Shown piece by piece: positions 47,902 through 62,700 of a stretch of DNA of 64,000 nt; the stretch's first letter is position 1; the number at the start of each line of letters is the position of its first letter. Below the pieces are notes generated by a model. The model saw nothing but the letters and a program-made list of their open reading frames with translations, was not told the origin of the DNA and did not search any database. Both the position numbers and the translations under genes were made by a program. The stretch covers positions 250,115,741-250,179,740 of the forward strand of contig CM041465.1 in assembly GCA_023213395.1 (NCBI GenBank), read 5' to 3'. This stretch comes from Cycas panzhihuaensis. Its lineage: Eukaryota > Plantae > Cycadophyta.

Positions 47902-50726
47902 CCCCCCCCCCTTCAAAGAAGTATCATCTCAATGCACTTCAACTTGCTGCAAACAAGTGTGGATTTGTTGTTGTATGTCATCTTCTAATTCCCAAGTGGC
48001 TTCTTTTGGAGTTAGGCATTGCTATTGTACCTTTACCTACCTTATGACTCTATTCCATAATACTTTTCTCCTGCTACCCAAGATTTTATTAGTTCTTCTT
48101 CAAATTCAAGATTTGATCCAAGCACAAGTTTAGTCCAATCGAAGATATGCTTAGAATTAGGTACGTACTTCTTCAATAAAGAAACATGAAAAACATTATG
48201 CACTTGATTGTTTGGAGGAAAAGCAAGTTTGTACACTGTTGGACCTACTCATTCCGAAACCTCAAAGAGGCCACAATACCTTAGTGCGAGTTTCTTGCAT
48301 GTATCCAAACAAAGTGAGTTGTGCTTAGGACTCACCCAAAGGAACACATGATCACCCATTTGGAATTCTTTTGCTATTTGCTTCAAATCTACATAGCTCT
48401 TTTATCAATCTTGGGCTATCTTCAACTGTTGCCTTATATTGATCACCTATCTTTCCATTTCCTGTAACATTTTTGGGCCAAGCACATGCCTGTCCTCCAA
48501 ATTTATCCAACTTAATGGCATGTTGCATTTCCTACCATAGGGTGCTTCAAAGGGATTCATTCCCATAGAGGAATGGATTGTGTTATTATAAGCAAACTCA
48601 GCTAGGTGTAGGTGGTTTTCCTAGTTAGATGAATATTCCATTGTGCACATTCGGAGCGAGTCTTCAAGCATTTGGTTAACTCGCTTAGTTTGCTTATCAG
48701 TTTTTGCATAATATGCTATATTGAATCTCAATTTGGTACCAACACCTGAAACATATATCACCATAAATTGGACATAAATTTAGTGTCTCTATTTGACGCT
48801 ATGGACTTTGGCACACCATATAGTCTAACAATTTCTTTCATAAAAATGGATGCAATGTCTTATGCAGTATGTGTCATGTGGACTAGCATGAGGTGGGTTG
48901 TTTTAGTTAATTTATCTAGAACCACCATGATAACATCATGTTGTTTATTACTCTTAGGCAGTCCTATAATGAAGTCCATTTTCATTGTTTCCCTCTTCTA
49001 TTTCAGAATTTTTAGTGTCTACAATTGTCATGTTGGATGTTGGTGTTCGACTTGGACTCTTTGACATGTCAAGCATTTTGCTACAAAGCCCATAATATCT
49101 TTCTTCATTCCCAGCTAGTACAATTGTCCCTTTATAGCTACATATGTCTTATGATACATAGGATGGCCTGTGTATGGTGTGGTATGGGCTTCCTGCATGA
49201 TTAATTCCTTAATTGGTAAGTTTGGCAAAACGTATATCCTTCATTGGTATGTTAATGCACCATTTGCTAACATATGCAACACTATGTACCTCTTTTGAAG
49301 CTTAGCATCCACATTTTTCTGAGCTTGTTGCTCTTGCAAAATAGTCTTTGCCCATTCCTAAAACTCATCTTCTTGACAAGCTTTTAAAATTGAATCAAGT
49401 AGATCGGTTTGGCACATACTTACTAATGCAACATGTTGTCTTTGACTCAGAGCATCAACTCTGTTCTCTTTGCCTTTAACATACTATGGTTGGAAGTCGA
49501 ACTTGCTGAGGTACTATACCCACCTGCCTTGTCTTGCATTCAAGTGCGGCTAAGTAAATATGTGTCTTAAACTATCATGGTTAGTGTGGAGTTCGAATCT
49601 CTTCCCCAACAAGTAATGATACTATACTTCGAGCATATGCATGACTATCGCAAGCTCTAAATTGTGGACTAGGTAGTTCTTGTTATAATCTTTCAATTTT
49701 CGTGATTCATGTGACGTAATTCCTCTATCTTGCATTAGGACTGTGCTTGATCCTTCTATGCTCGCATTTGTGTAGATCAGAAATTCAATGTTCGAGTTTG
49801 GTATAACCAAAATGGGCACTGATATGAGTAATTGCTTCAATACTTAGAATCATTTTTTGCATAGTTCTGTCCATACAAACTTGACATTTTGTTTCTGCAA
49901 TGAAGTGATAGGCACTACAATCTTAGAGAAGTCCTTCACGAACCTTTAATAATATCTTGCAAGTCCCATAAAGCTTTTAACTTCTTGTATATTTTTAGGC
50001 AAAGATGAATCCATGATAGCCATTGTTTTTTATGAGTCAACAACAATTCTAACTTCAAAGATCACGTGTCCTAAATAATATATCTCTTCTTTGTAAAACT
50101 CACACTTGTTGAATTTTGCATATAGTTTATGTTTCCATAACAATTGTAGTACTATGCACAAATGTTCCTTTGTTTTTGTTTAGTTTTTAAGTAAATTAAG
50201 ATGTTATCGATGAACGCCACAACAAATTTATCTAGTTATGCTTTAAGCATACTATTCCTTAGACATATAAATTTTACTGGCACATTTGTTAAACCAAATG
50301 ACATCACTAAAATTTACAATGCCTATATCTCGTTTTAAAAGCAGTTTTATAAATATCATCTTCTCTTATTCTGATTTGATAGTATCCTAAACTTAGATCA
50401 ATTTTTGTAAACAACCTTGCACATTTCATTTGATCAAACAAATCCTCGATTCTAGGCAAGGGATATTTGTTTTTTATATTAGCCTTATTCAATTATCTAT
50501 AATCTATGCATAATCTTAAAGTCATGTCCTTCTTCTTTATGAATAGAATTGGGGCTCCTAAGGAGATACACTTGACCTAATAAATCCCTTATCTAGTAAA
50601 TCTTGTTGCTGCATCTTTAGCTTTGTTAACTATGGCATAGCTAGGCAATAAGGCACTTTGGAGATTGTCTCTACCCTTGGTACTAGATTAATAAAGTAAT
50701 GGACGTCTCTTTTAGGGGGGGTAACT
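47902..50726 (-). mobile_element. Ty3/Gypsy chromovirus pol remnant (G2), interrupted by Copia C; its 3' LTR extends left from 47901
   Basis: [38 protein letters not shown], RNase H, integrase, VHNVFHVSLLKKY, chromodomain KEATWE, poly-C (reverse PPT) 47902-47911 next to tgaca. Confidence 0.9.
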
Positions 50727-53700
50727 TATTAAACCTTTATGTTTAAATATTAAGTGATGTACTTTATAATATATTATTGATGTACTTAATGTAACTTTAT
50801 GTTAGTGTGACTTATCACTCAATGTGATAAAGCATGCACTCGTATTCTTTTTAGTTGTATAATGTTGTAACTTGAGGGTTAATGTACCCTCATGTACTTA
50901 TGCTCATAAGAGAGCTAAAGGGGACACTTTATCTCGCATGCAACTAGCTAGCTTGCATGTTTGACATTCGTCAAACATGCAACGCTTTAAGGTCTCTATA
51001 TATTGAGACAATTTCTCATGTAACTTGTATGAGAGAGTGTTGTATTGTCATGTTGCTAGTCTTGTTAATCTAAGTTATTCTTATTTATTTGGAGTATGAT
51101 CAATTCCTTCTCCTCCATATTTGTGTCCCCATACTTGTGATCAATGTGCCTAATGCTTGCTTATGTGTTCATCTTCATGCTTGCATAGTTAAATGTTAAT
51201 TATCTTCATATTGTAGCAGACTTTTCTCTCTTTTAGATTTTAAGGGTTGTAGGCTTAATGCCATCATTCTCAACATTTAATATGAAAGCTTGTTAAAAGG
51301 AGTTTTTTTGTTGCTTTTTTAGATTTAAGAGAGGGTTCTAAACCTTTGGTGACGTCATTCGATCTTTGAAGGCAATCCAAGGCAAATTTTGGTTTATTTT
51401 TTTTATTTTTTAATTATTTCACTGATATTTGTAGGCTAGATATTAATAATTTTACTTTTTCAAAATTTTTAAAGTTCGTATTAGTTAGTGCAATAGAGAA
51501 ATAATATAAAAATTAGAGTTTTCTCTTTGTTTTTTTATAGAATAAAAATTATTTTTGCAGGTTTTATTAACATATCACTATAGAATCCTTATTGTTAACT
51601 GAAAGTTAGTTCCACTTTGCTCATTTTAGTTTGTTTGATCACCAGACTGCCTTTCACACAGGGTTGGGCAGATTTCTTCATATTGGGCAAATTTTTGAAA
51701 GTAAAATCACTATTTTTTTTGTGGATATATTCTTACTGGCTTGTTTTGGTATTTCTTGCAAGTGGTACTGCCCTTGGAGAGATCGGGAGCTTCAAACAAA
51801 GGTTTTAAACCCAAAAATAATTCTTAATAGCCACTCGAACTCCCACAGTCGTGTGCCCTTATAATACCTCTTTTTGCATCAATCTCCTCACACAACGAGA
51901 GTTAGCTACTCAAACTTTAGAGATACCTTCTACCAACTGCTACGACCCTTCCTCTAAAGTTTGGTGAAGATCTGATCATTCTACATGAATTTCTCTTCAA
52001 TAGAAGTCCATCAAAGAATTGGAGTCGATATCTCTGTTTTTTTGATGAAAAATTTTATTTTTAAATATTAGTATTTCAATCTTATGATATACACTTTAGT
52101 ATATCCTCAGAATATTTTATATTTGATAAATGGCACATTTCTAAAGTTTTTGATTTTCAAGTGATTTTATTCTATTTGATCACTTTATTAAGCAAAATCA
52201 ACTTGCTTTTAATTTTTTAAAGTTATTTTTACAGTTAAAAAAATTTGCAAGTATAAAAATAAATTTTAATAAGTGAATTTTCAATCATAAATGTATAAAT
52301 TGTGATAAATTCACATTGTACACATTTTTATAAGGCTCCCTACTAGGTGACCTTGATACCTTAAGTCATCAAAAAAGGGTACAAATCACTTATTTTTTAA
52401 AAAGTCACTATATTGAGGTTGGTTAGAACTATTTACAAGTCCTAACACTATGGTGGTGGATTGTCTACTTGGCATACTTCATTAAATTTTCATTTAGTAG
52501 TCATTTACTTGCATTTAAAACGAAAGCACTTAATGCACTGTGTTAAGGCAAACAACTCTTGACTGGACATTTAACACTTTTTGTTATTTTTTAAGTGCTT
52601 TTACAACACTTTATGTGTTATTTTTTATGTATTTAAATCATTTCATTTGAAGCAATTTTCATTGAAATTTGATCAAGCATTGTAAAGTAATAATATCATC
52701 CACCCAAGCAAATTAATTTAAGGTAATTTAAACCATTAAAATTTATTTTAAAATTTTGTTGGTGAGGTCTAAAAAATGTTAAAACTTTACCTCTAAAAAT
52801 CTCAAGCTTGGTGCATTCCCTGTGGAAGATGGCATTTAGTTTACATAAACCAAGATCTAGAATATTGTTCCTCTTTAGTTTTAGAATCAAAGAGACCAAC
52901 ACTTGACAATGAAAGCTATTCAAGTAAAGCAAGATAAAAGACTAAACATAAAAGAGTATGAGCAAGATGATACCAAAATGAGGAGGTGGTCTCAATATAT
53001 AGAGTTACAAAAGAGACCTAAGGCATTAGATGTTTGACAAGTATTAACCATCCTAGGACATGTGTTCTTTTGGGTCACAAGTGAGCAAAAGTACACGAGG
53101 TTCATTTGACCTTTAAGTGACAATGTTATATCACTAGAAAAGAATGTGGGTGTGTATTTTATCACTTAAATAATAACTCACCCCATAAAGTACAAATATA
53201 CATGAAATAAAGTATATATGCTTAACATGCAAACATAAAGTTTAACACTCTGCCTTACTGTTTACAATGTTAAGACGAATCCCTAAACGTTTTTTAAAAT
53301 TTACAAACTTTGCTCTACCAAGTGGTTTGGTAAAGATATCTGTTGTCTACTACTCTATGGGTCTGTAATAGAGGTTGATCTCACTATTTTGCGCATCCTC
53401 TTTGATAAAATGGTGATGAACCTCGATGCATTTGGTTCGCGCATTAAAAACTGGATTCTTGGTCAACTTGAGCACACTCTAATTGTCATAATATACCCTG
53501 GTGGGGTGATCCTGCTCAAATCTAAGCTCTCCAAGAATCTGTCAAAGGTAGATAAACTCACAAGCTATGTTGACTGTAGCTTTATACTCTACTTCTGTGG
53601 AGGATAAGGTAACATTGGATTGCTTCTTGCAACTCCACGAAACGACTCTTGAACCAAGGGTAAAGCAATAACCCGAAGTTAATATTCGACTATCTTAACA

Positions 53701-56700
53701 TCCGGCCTAATCAGAATCTGAGAACCCTTTCAAGATGAAGTTCTCATTGTGAACAAACTAAAGGCCATGTTGCAATGTGCCTTTAATATATTTTAGTATG
53801 CATTTTACTGCATTCCAATGCTTCTAATTAGGTTGAGACATGTATCTGGAGTAAATCCCAACAACAAATAAAATATTCGGTATTGTGTTGGTGAGGTAGG
53901 TTAGGTTACCAATTAGTTGTCAGAAATGAGTAGGATCTGCAGGTTCAACTTTCTCATTGAAAGTCAGCTTTGTTCTATTCTCCATAGGTGTAGGCACTGG
54001 TTTGCAGTCATGCATCTTGAACCGCTGCAAAATGTCTCAAGAATATTTTGCTTGGGAATTGAAGATATAGGCTGGCCGTTGGTATACCTCAAAGCCTAGA
54101 AAATAATGGAGAAGTCCAAGATTTATCATCTTGAAACTTCTCTTCAAGTCACTTTGGAGAATTTGAATCATCTTAGTATTATTACCAGTGATCACTAAGT
54201 CATCCACGTACAAGACAATAACAATAGTACAATCTTTCTCAACTTTGATATGTAAGTTAGGATCTTATGTGGATCGATGAAAACCATATCTCAAGAAATA
54301 ATCATCGATTTTTTAGTGCCATGCTCGTAGGGCTTGTTTCAAACCATACAAAGCATTTTTGAGGCGACAAACCATGTGTTCCTTCCTTCTACTTTGTAAC
54401 CAAGAGGTTGCTCCAAATATACATCCTCTTGAAGATCGCCATTGAGGAAGGTGCTCTTCACGTTTATCTGGTAAACTGACCATTTACATTGAGCAGTTAA
54501 GGCCAAGATGAGTCTGACAATGTTCATATTTACAACAAGTGCAAAATTCATCATAGTCAATGCTTTCTTTTTGTTTGAAGCCCTTTGTAATAAGTTAAGA
54601 CTTTTGGTGTTTGAGTGTACTATCAGAATGAAATTTGGTTTTGTAGACCTATTTGTAACTAATTGCCTATTTGTGCTTAAACAATTCTACCAAATTCCAA
54701 GTTCTATTATTTTCAATAGAATGAATTTTTTCATCTATGGCATCTTTCTAATTTTCATTTTCACATGTCTCCTCAAAGGTAGAAAGCTCATCAACACATA
54801 GCACTTCAACCACAAGTACATAATTAGTTTGATGCCGATATTTTGATAGATGTTTTTCTTGAATAACTTGGTTGTCCTGTACACTCTGAGTGTATCATTT
54901 GGGCAACTTTTTAATTGATGTAACTTGAACCTCAATATCTTTTAGTCAGAGTAGTTAATCAACAGAAGATGTGTTCGGATTAAGTGGAGCAGATTTTAAT
55001 GAAGTCGGACTAGCTGGTGCAAATGATGTACATGGTGTGGAAGATTAAAAGGGAAGGAAAGCCTCAACAATCTTTTTGCCTTTATCAAGAGGAGGTTGGA
55101 TGGATGCTGATTCTAACTCCTTATGTTTATCTTCAACAAAGATTACATCTCTTGAGAGATGCATTTTCTTACCAATAGGATCATACAACTTATAAGCCTT
55201 GCTATGAATGGCATAACCTATAAAAATACATTTTAGGCTATGTTTGTCTAGTTTGGATCTTTGTTGATTGAGGATATGCATGTATGCAGTGCATCCAAAT
55301 GTCTTCAAATGGCTAACAGTAAGTTTTTTGTCAGACTAAGTCTCCTTTGGTATGATGTCGGTGATTGTTGATGTAGGACTTCAATTTTCCACATAAGTAG
55401 TTATGTGGAATGTTTTTGCCTAATATGTTTATGTTAGTCCTCTTGCATGTATCATAACTTTGGCTTTGTTTTTCAAAGTTCTGTTCATTATTTGGAGACT
55501 CCGTTTTGTTGAGGAGTATGAGGAATGGTGAGTTATCTCCTAATGTCATTATCCTTGTAAAATTGAGTAAATTCTTTTGAAGTGAAATCACCTCAATTGT
55601 CTGACCTTAGAATCTTAATTGATTGGCCAGACTCATTTTCCACTTCAAGTTTGATTTCTTTGAACTTTTGAAATGCTTATTATCTTTGTTTGATGAAGTA
55701 GACCCAAACTTTGTGAGAGAAATCATCTATGAAGGAGATGTAGTATAATGCTCCTTTAAAGGATGTTGTGGATATAGGTCCACATAAATCTAAATGTATC
55801 AATTGTAAAGGATACGATGCACACCATCCTTTACCTTTAGGAAAAAGTTGTCGATGCTGTGTCCCCATTATACATGCTTCATAAAGACATTTCAAATCAT
55901 ATAACTTTGGAAGCTCATGCACTGTGTTTTTGTTCATCATCTACTTGATATTGTCTAAGTTTAGGTGGCCTAAACGTTGATGTCAAAACTGCATATTTAA
56001 TAATGATTGAGTGACAAAGTAAGCATAATCAAGGGTTATATTATTTGCGTCCATTTTATAAGCTCCATGGTCTTCATGACCAATGGCTATAACTTAGTCA
56101 TACTTATTACTAATGGTACATTTCCCATTTTTGAACAAAATGCTCATTTGTTGCTTGTCTAATTAATTAACAGATAATGGACTCTTCTCTATGGAAGGGA
56201 TTAGGTAGGCATTTTTAGTGGGAAATGTAGATGAAGGATTTAAAGGTGAATGGAATGAGGTAATTTTGCCTATGCCTGATATCTGAACAAATTTATTATT
56301 TCCAAAGGTCACAGATCGACCATTTTCTTCTTTGATATCATAAAGGAGTTCTTCACTCCATGTCATGTGACAAAATGCTCCCAAGTTAATGATCTATGTC
56401 TAATCAACCTCTGACGTGTGATAAGCACAAAATAGCTTTATCCTCATCTACAAATTAATTGGAGTGGCATTGATTGCTACCTCTTAAACCCTTATTTCTC
56501 TTTGACCTCCTCGATATGCACATTGATTTGGTCAAGGGGGTTGTTATTGTTGCTGATGCTAAAACTGCTATTGCTGCTAGAATTGTTGACGAGACTGTTG
56601 TTACCTTTAATGCTACTAACGTAGTTGTTGCTGTCATGTGTGCTAGGAATCGACTTATTTTTTTCCGTATTCAAGAGTTTTGTAGCCAACTTTTCCACAA

Positions 56701-59700
56701 TAATGACAAATGACATTTTGGCCTTTGATGAGCCAATGTTCATGTTCTTAAACTATTTTGTGAGTGAAAGTTTGGGAACTTGCTTGGCCTTTAATTTGGC
56801 CATGAATGCTCCTGATGTGGATGACTCATCATCTTCTTTCCTAATATAAATCTCCTCATCTTGAAGTAATAAACTTTTAAGTTGATTGAAGGACATACTT
56901 GAAAGTGAGCCATCTTGCATAACGAATGATATAAATCCATTAAAATTTTTAGGTAATATTTATACAATTGTCGTTACAAGCTTGTTTTTGAAAGCTGGTT
57001 TGCATAATGTATTTAATTTATTATAGATTTTTTTGATGGAAAAAAAGAATGTCGACATAGGCTTTACAAATTTTAAATAATATAATTTTATTTTCACCAT
57101 CAAAATACGAGCTTCATCTCGTCTTTCATACAAAGAGGACAAAGTGTCCCAAACTTCCTTAGAGGTTTTTGCACACACTATGTTTTGATCAACATGAACA
57201 TTAATAATCATATGCAAAATTGTCAAGGCAATTTCATCCTTAGACTTCCAAGCAACAACATAAACTAGATCTAGATGAACAACACCACCATCATTTTTCA
57301 CATGTACAAGTTGAGAAATTTTGCTAGAAACATGACTCCAAAATTCATTCATTATTAAGAAGTTTTGTGTTTGCCTCTTCTATTCTTGATAATTATCTTG
57401 ACCTGTTAATTTGATGGTATATGCATTGAGCATGTTTAAAGTAGCCATGTTAAAGTTGTAGTGTTTGAAGCTAGTAGATGGTTTAGAAACTCAAAGCTTT
57501 CGTCGCTTAAGTTTCACCTTGTAATAAACCAACAATCTTGATCTTAGTAGAAGATCCAACAACTGAATGGAATGATGAGAAGCAGAGGACAAGGCAAAAT
57601 AGTTGGTCCAACACTGACCTATAGATGGGATCTAATGGTTAACCAAGTCATATCTAGGACAAGGCAGGTAAGATTGATCTGCGTAGACGTACCATATTTT
57701 TCATAGGATTCATAGCCCCAATAACACCATTTTTAAACCTCATTTTCCTTAAGCAACCTTAATTTTCGTGCAGTGACTGTACGATCGGTTGGTCCCCTAG
57801 GAAATGCACCAAGCTTAAGATTATTTCAGAGGTAAGGTTTGAACATTTTTCCAACCTCTCATATTTGATTTTAAATTCACTTTTTAAAGATGTTGAAGTG
57901 AACTTTATGAGTTTTACTTGGATGATGTACTTGAAAGATGAGTGCTTAAAATTCTTACAAGTGTGACTTCAAAAAGAAGCAATTTAGTACATCAAAAATA
58001 TAACATTTAGAGTGTTTTATAAAGCACTTAATGAAGTGAAAAAGAGTGCTAAAGATATCCAAGTAAATGAGTCAAGTGCATTATATGTAACACATTAAGT
58101 ATTTTAAGAAGAAAAAACACCTTTCAAAAGATCAAAAAAAGAGTGCTAAGTACCCAAATAAAAAATGAACTTCCTTGTGATGATACTTCAAGTGGGTTCC
58201 TTTTAGAGGAAAAATGGTCAACTTGAAGGTGAAATGAGGCACTTTGCAAATGTAAACACAATGCATCAAGTGTTATGACTTAAATTAGTTTTAACCAGCC
58301 ACAAAAAATAGTGATTTTTTTATTAAAATTTTGATTTTTAAGCCTCTTTTTGGACTAGAACTTTGGGTCACCATGCAGGGAGCCTAATGAAACCACTTAA
58401 GTGATTTTCTGCTTTTACAATAATAAAAATGACTTGAAAAAGTCACCAAGTACAAATATAAAATTTTTATGTTAGAGTGACTTCAAAAAGTAAGAAAAAA
58501 GTGAGTTTGACCTTATTTAAGAACTAGAGCATGAAGGACACCTTGTAGGGAGCCTTATAGAACACTTTAAAAAAGTGATTTTTCACCTTTATAATGATAA
58601 AAATGACTTTAAAAAAGTCATTTAATGAGTAAAAAACACAATGTAAATTTTTTTTTAAAGTGTCAATAAACTCACAATAATGAGAAAAGGCTAAAAAAGA
58701 GCATTAAAAGTGATTAAATAGAGATTTAAACCACTTAAAAGATAAACTTTATAATATAAAGTTTATTTAGAAAAGAATATTCATAAGAATATTCTAATTG
58801 ATATAACCCAAGGTTATATCTTAATAGTTAAAAAAAAGAATTTTTTTAAAACATTGGACTAACGGTAAGCCGTGTGATTGCATAGTGCTCAATTTGGAGA
58901 GATCTCTCTCTACAATGCTCAAATCGGGCCAAGATTTCAGGGGTATCTTTGTATCATCTCGATAGTGATTCATTTATGTTTTCACGCCATTTCATTCACT
59001 ATGGTGGAAGAATGAACATATTGAATTTTTGCTTGGGCGCACAGGCCATGGAGGATGCAGAGAGCTATGCAAGTTTATACAGACTACTGTACATCTTGGA
59101 AAGACTACTATATGTCTTGGAAAGGTTGCATGGGACCCACAAGGGGCAGAAACACCTTCAAATAACAAAAAATCTGCTAATACAAGCAATAATGAAGAAT
59201 TTAAGTATCCTCACTAGGGTTTGAGGGTTGAAAAAAGCCTAAAAGTGGTCCATACACTGCAAAGAGCCACAAATCAAGAATATTTGATGCCTGGAGGGTT
59301 GATTTTATAGCAAAACTAACCAACACCCTGCTCTATGAGAAAAAGTGAGCTAAAAAACAGATTTTAAGTGAACAATCACAAGAAATGATAGTAAAGCTAC
59401 TTAGATATGAGAAATAACTAAAGCAAACTGGTTGCAATTCAGTTATATGCCACAGATAATGATTATAAGACTGATTTATAGTAAAAAAATAGTAAAATAA
59501 CTCAGATCTGTCTCATTTTCCTACAAAAGATAATTTTTCTTGAAGAAAAATTAGAAAAACTCACTATTTTTTATAACAGTGAGAGCTGCATCCTTTGTGA
59601 AAGTCTGAAAAAAAAATTTAGAACTAAAATGCACTTCTTCCAACCTACAAATGGCTCGAAAATGTCTAGAACTGTTACAAAATAGATAAGATAAACTTTG

Positions 59701-62700
59701 AATCGCCTTCAAAGAGCAAAGGTTGTCACCAAGGGTTTGTAAACCCTTATAAGATCTCCAAAAAAAAGAAATTAGAATAGAGAAAAATAAACTTCTTCTG
59801 CTCTAATACCAAATGTGGAAGATGGCATTTACCCTACATAAACCAAGATCTAGAAGATTGTTCCTCTCTATTTCTAGAATCAAAGGGATTAACACTTCGC
59901 AATGAAAGTTATTCAAGTAAAGCAAGATAAAAGACTAAACATGAAAGAGTATGAGCAAGATAATACCAAAATAAGGATGAGATGGAATTGGTCTAATCTC
60001 CAAATGAATATCAGCTTGATTAACAAACTGGCAGTATAACAATATAGCTTAAACTCTATATGAGAAATATGAGAAGTGGTATTAATATATAGAGTTACAG
60101 AAGAGACCTAAGGCATTAGATGTTTAACAAGTATCAAATATCGAAGCTACATGTTTTGCATGTAAGACGTGTCCTTTTGGGCTCTCAAGTGAGAAAAAGT
60201 ACATGAGGGTCATTTGATCCTTAAGTGATAATGTTGTGTCATTAGAAAAGAATGTGGGTGTGTATTTTATCACTTAAGTGATAAGTCACCCTATAAAGTA
60301 TAAATATACGTAAAATAAAGTATTTATGCTTAACATGTAAACATAAGGTTTAACATTATCTAGGGGCCCAATTGATCGTACGATTAGTGCACAACAATTG
60401 GGATTCTTTTGGAGAATAGAGGATTTGAAAAGGCTGTTACTAAGGCTATGAATCACAAGAAAATCATGGTTGTTCGTGTAGATTAACCCTACCTAGCCTT
60501 GTTCTAGATTTGACTTGGCTAACTATTAGATCTATCTAAAAAGATCAAGGTTGGACCAACTCTTAGCCCAATCCTATACCTGTCACCACTCTTTTCAATT
60601 GTTAAATCTTCTTTGTAACATCATGGTTGTTGGAGTGCTAGAAGGTGGAACTTAAGGGACAAAAGTTTTGAGTTTCTAAGTTATATGTTAGCTTCAAGAA
60701 ACCTTTTAATCAACTTTAACATTATGGTTGCTATTAATATACTTAATACATGTACTGTTAAACTAAATGGACATGATAATTATCAGGGATGGAAGAGGTA
60801 AATACAAAATTTATTGATAATAAATGAGTTTTAGGCATTTATATCTTTAAAAAAATCTGACGTTAGTTCTTATTGAAAATAAAAGAAATGTACTTATTTA
60901 TCTTAGTCCTGCTTTAGTTGTTGCTTGGGAGGCTAAGGATGAAATTGCCTTAGCATTTCTTCACATAATTATTGAGTAAATATTGATCAAAATATTTGTT
61001 ATGCTCATACTTCAAAAGAAGCTTGGAACATTTTGGCTTCATTATATGAAAGGTGAGATGATGTTCGCATCATGATGACAAAAGTTAAATTGTATTCTTT
61101 GAGATTTACTAATCTTATGTTGGCATTTTTATCTTTTATCAAATAAATTTATAATGAGTTGAATACTCTTAGAAAACTAGCTTTGAGGGATGAACTTATA
61201 ACTGCCACATTGAATGCACTTCCAAAGGAGTACAACAGATTCATATCCTCAATTATTAGAGATGACACACTTGTTACAACGACTTCCAATCAACTTAAAA
61301 GTCTTTTACTTCTTGAAGAATAAATCTATTTTTGGTAATATGAATTATCAACTTCAAGTGTATTCACAATGAAATAAATATATTTTCGGTACTTCAAGTG
61401 TATTCATAGTGAAATATAAGGCTAAACAAAATCTCAAATAATCATTTCAAAATATTTTGGAAATATGAACATTAGCATATCAGAAACCAATATCATATGT
61501 CATTATTGTGACAAGGTGGACTACATTACACTTGAATGTCAAAAAAAATAATCTGACTTACAACAACAATAACAATTCCAACAGCCACGTCAACAACAAC
61601 AATGATAACATGAGCCATGTTAGCAATAATATCAGTAGCATCGATAACCCCCTAGACCAAATCAAGGTGGATTTCGAGGAGGTCAAAGAGGAAGAGGAGG
61701 CTTTAGAGGTGGCAACTAACACCACACAAATTAATTTGCAGATGAAGAAAAAATATTTTATTCTTATCATAACTCTTAAAGTGATAACACTTGGATAACT
61801 GACTTAGGGGCATCTCGATGCATGATAGACAATGATGAGTTGCTCTACAATATTAGAGGAGAAAGAGGGTAAATAATTACATTTGAAAACAATGAATTGG
61901 TTGAAATATTTGGTATAGGCAAAATTGCCTCATTTCATTTACCAAACAATCCTACTTCCACATTGTCCACTGGAGATGCCTATTTGATACCTTTAATGGA
62001 GAAAAGTCTCTTATCTGTTAGTTAATTGGAAAAATAACATATGAGTATATTATTTGAAGGTTAGTGACATAAATGATCAAGTGGTAGCCATTGGTCATGA
62101 GGACCATGGTCTTTATAAATTGGATGCATCAAACATTACACTTGATACTACACTAGCTTACTCTGTCACACAATCTATGACAAAAGATCAACTTTGACAT
62201 AATAGACTAGGCTATTTAAGGTAAGAAAATATCAAAATGATGTTTAATAAAACATGGTGTATGCGCTTCCAAAAATATCTATATCAAAGTGTCTTTGTGA
62301 AGCATGTATTATGGGGACTAAACATAAACAACTTTTTCCTATAGACAACTCATTGCATGCATCACAATCTTTGCAATTAGTTCATACAGATTTATGTGGA
62401 CCTATGTCCATGACATCTCTTAGAGGAGCTTTGTACTATATCACCTTCATCAATGATTTTTCATATAAAGTTGGGGTGTACTTTATCAAATATAAATTAG
62501 AAGCATTAAAAAAATTCAAGGAATTCAAACTTGAGGTGAAAAATTAGTCAGAATTGTCAATCAATATATTAAGATGTGACAATGGATATGAATTTGCCTC
62601 AAGAGAGTTTAATTAATTCTCTAAGGCTTATGGAATCAAAAGACAATTCATTGCTCTGCATACACCTCAACAGAATGGAGTATTTGAGTGAATGGATAAG

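Noticed and set aside
61508-61798. Asn-rich ORFs (also 56455-56743)
   Set aside because: Off-frame reading of the Gln/Arg/Gly-rich linker between gag and protease in decayed Copia copies
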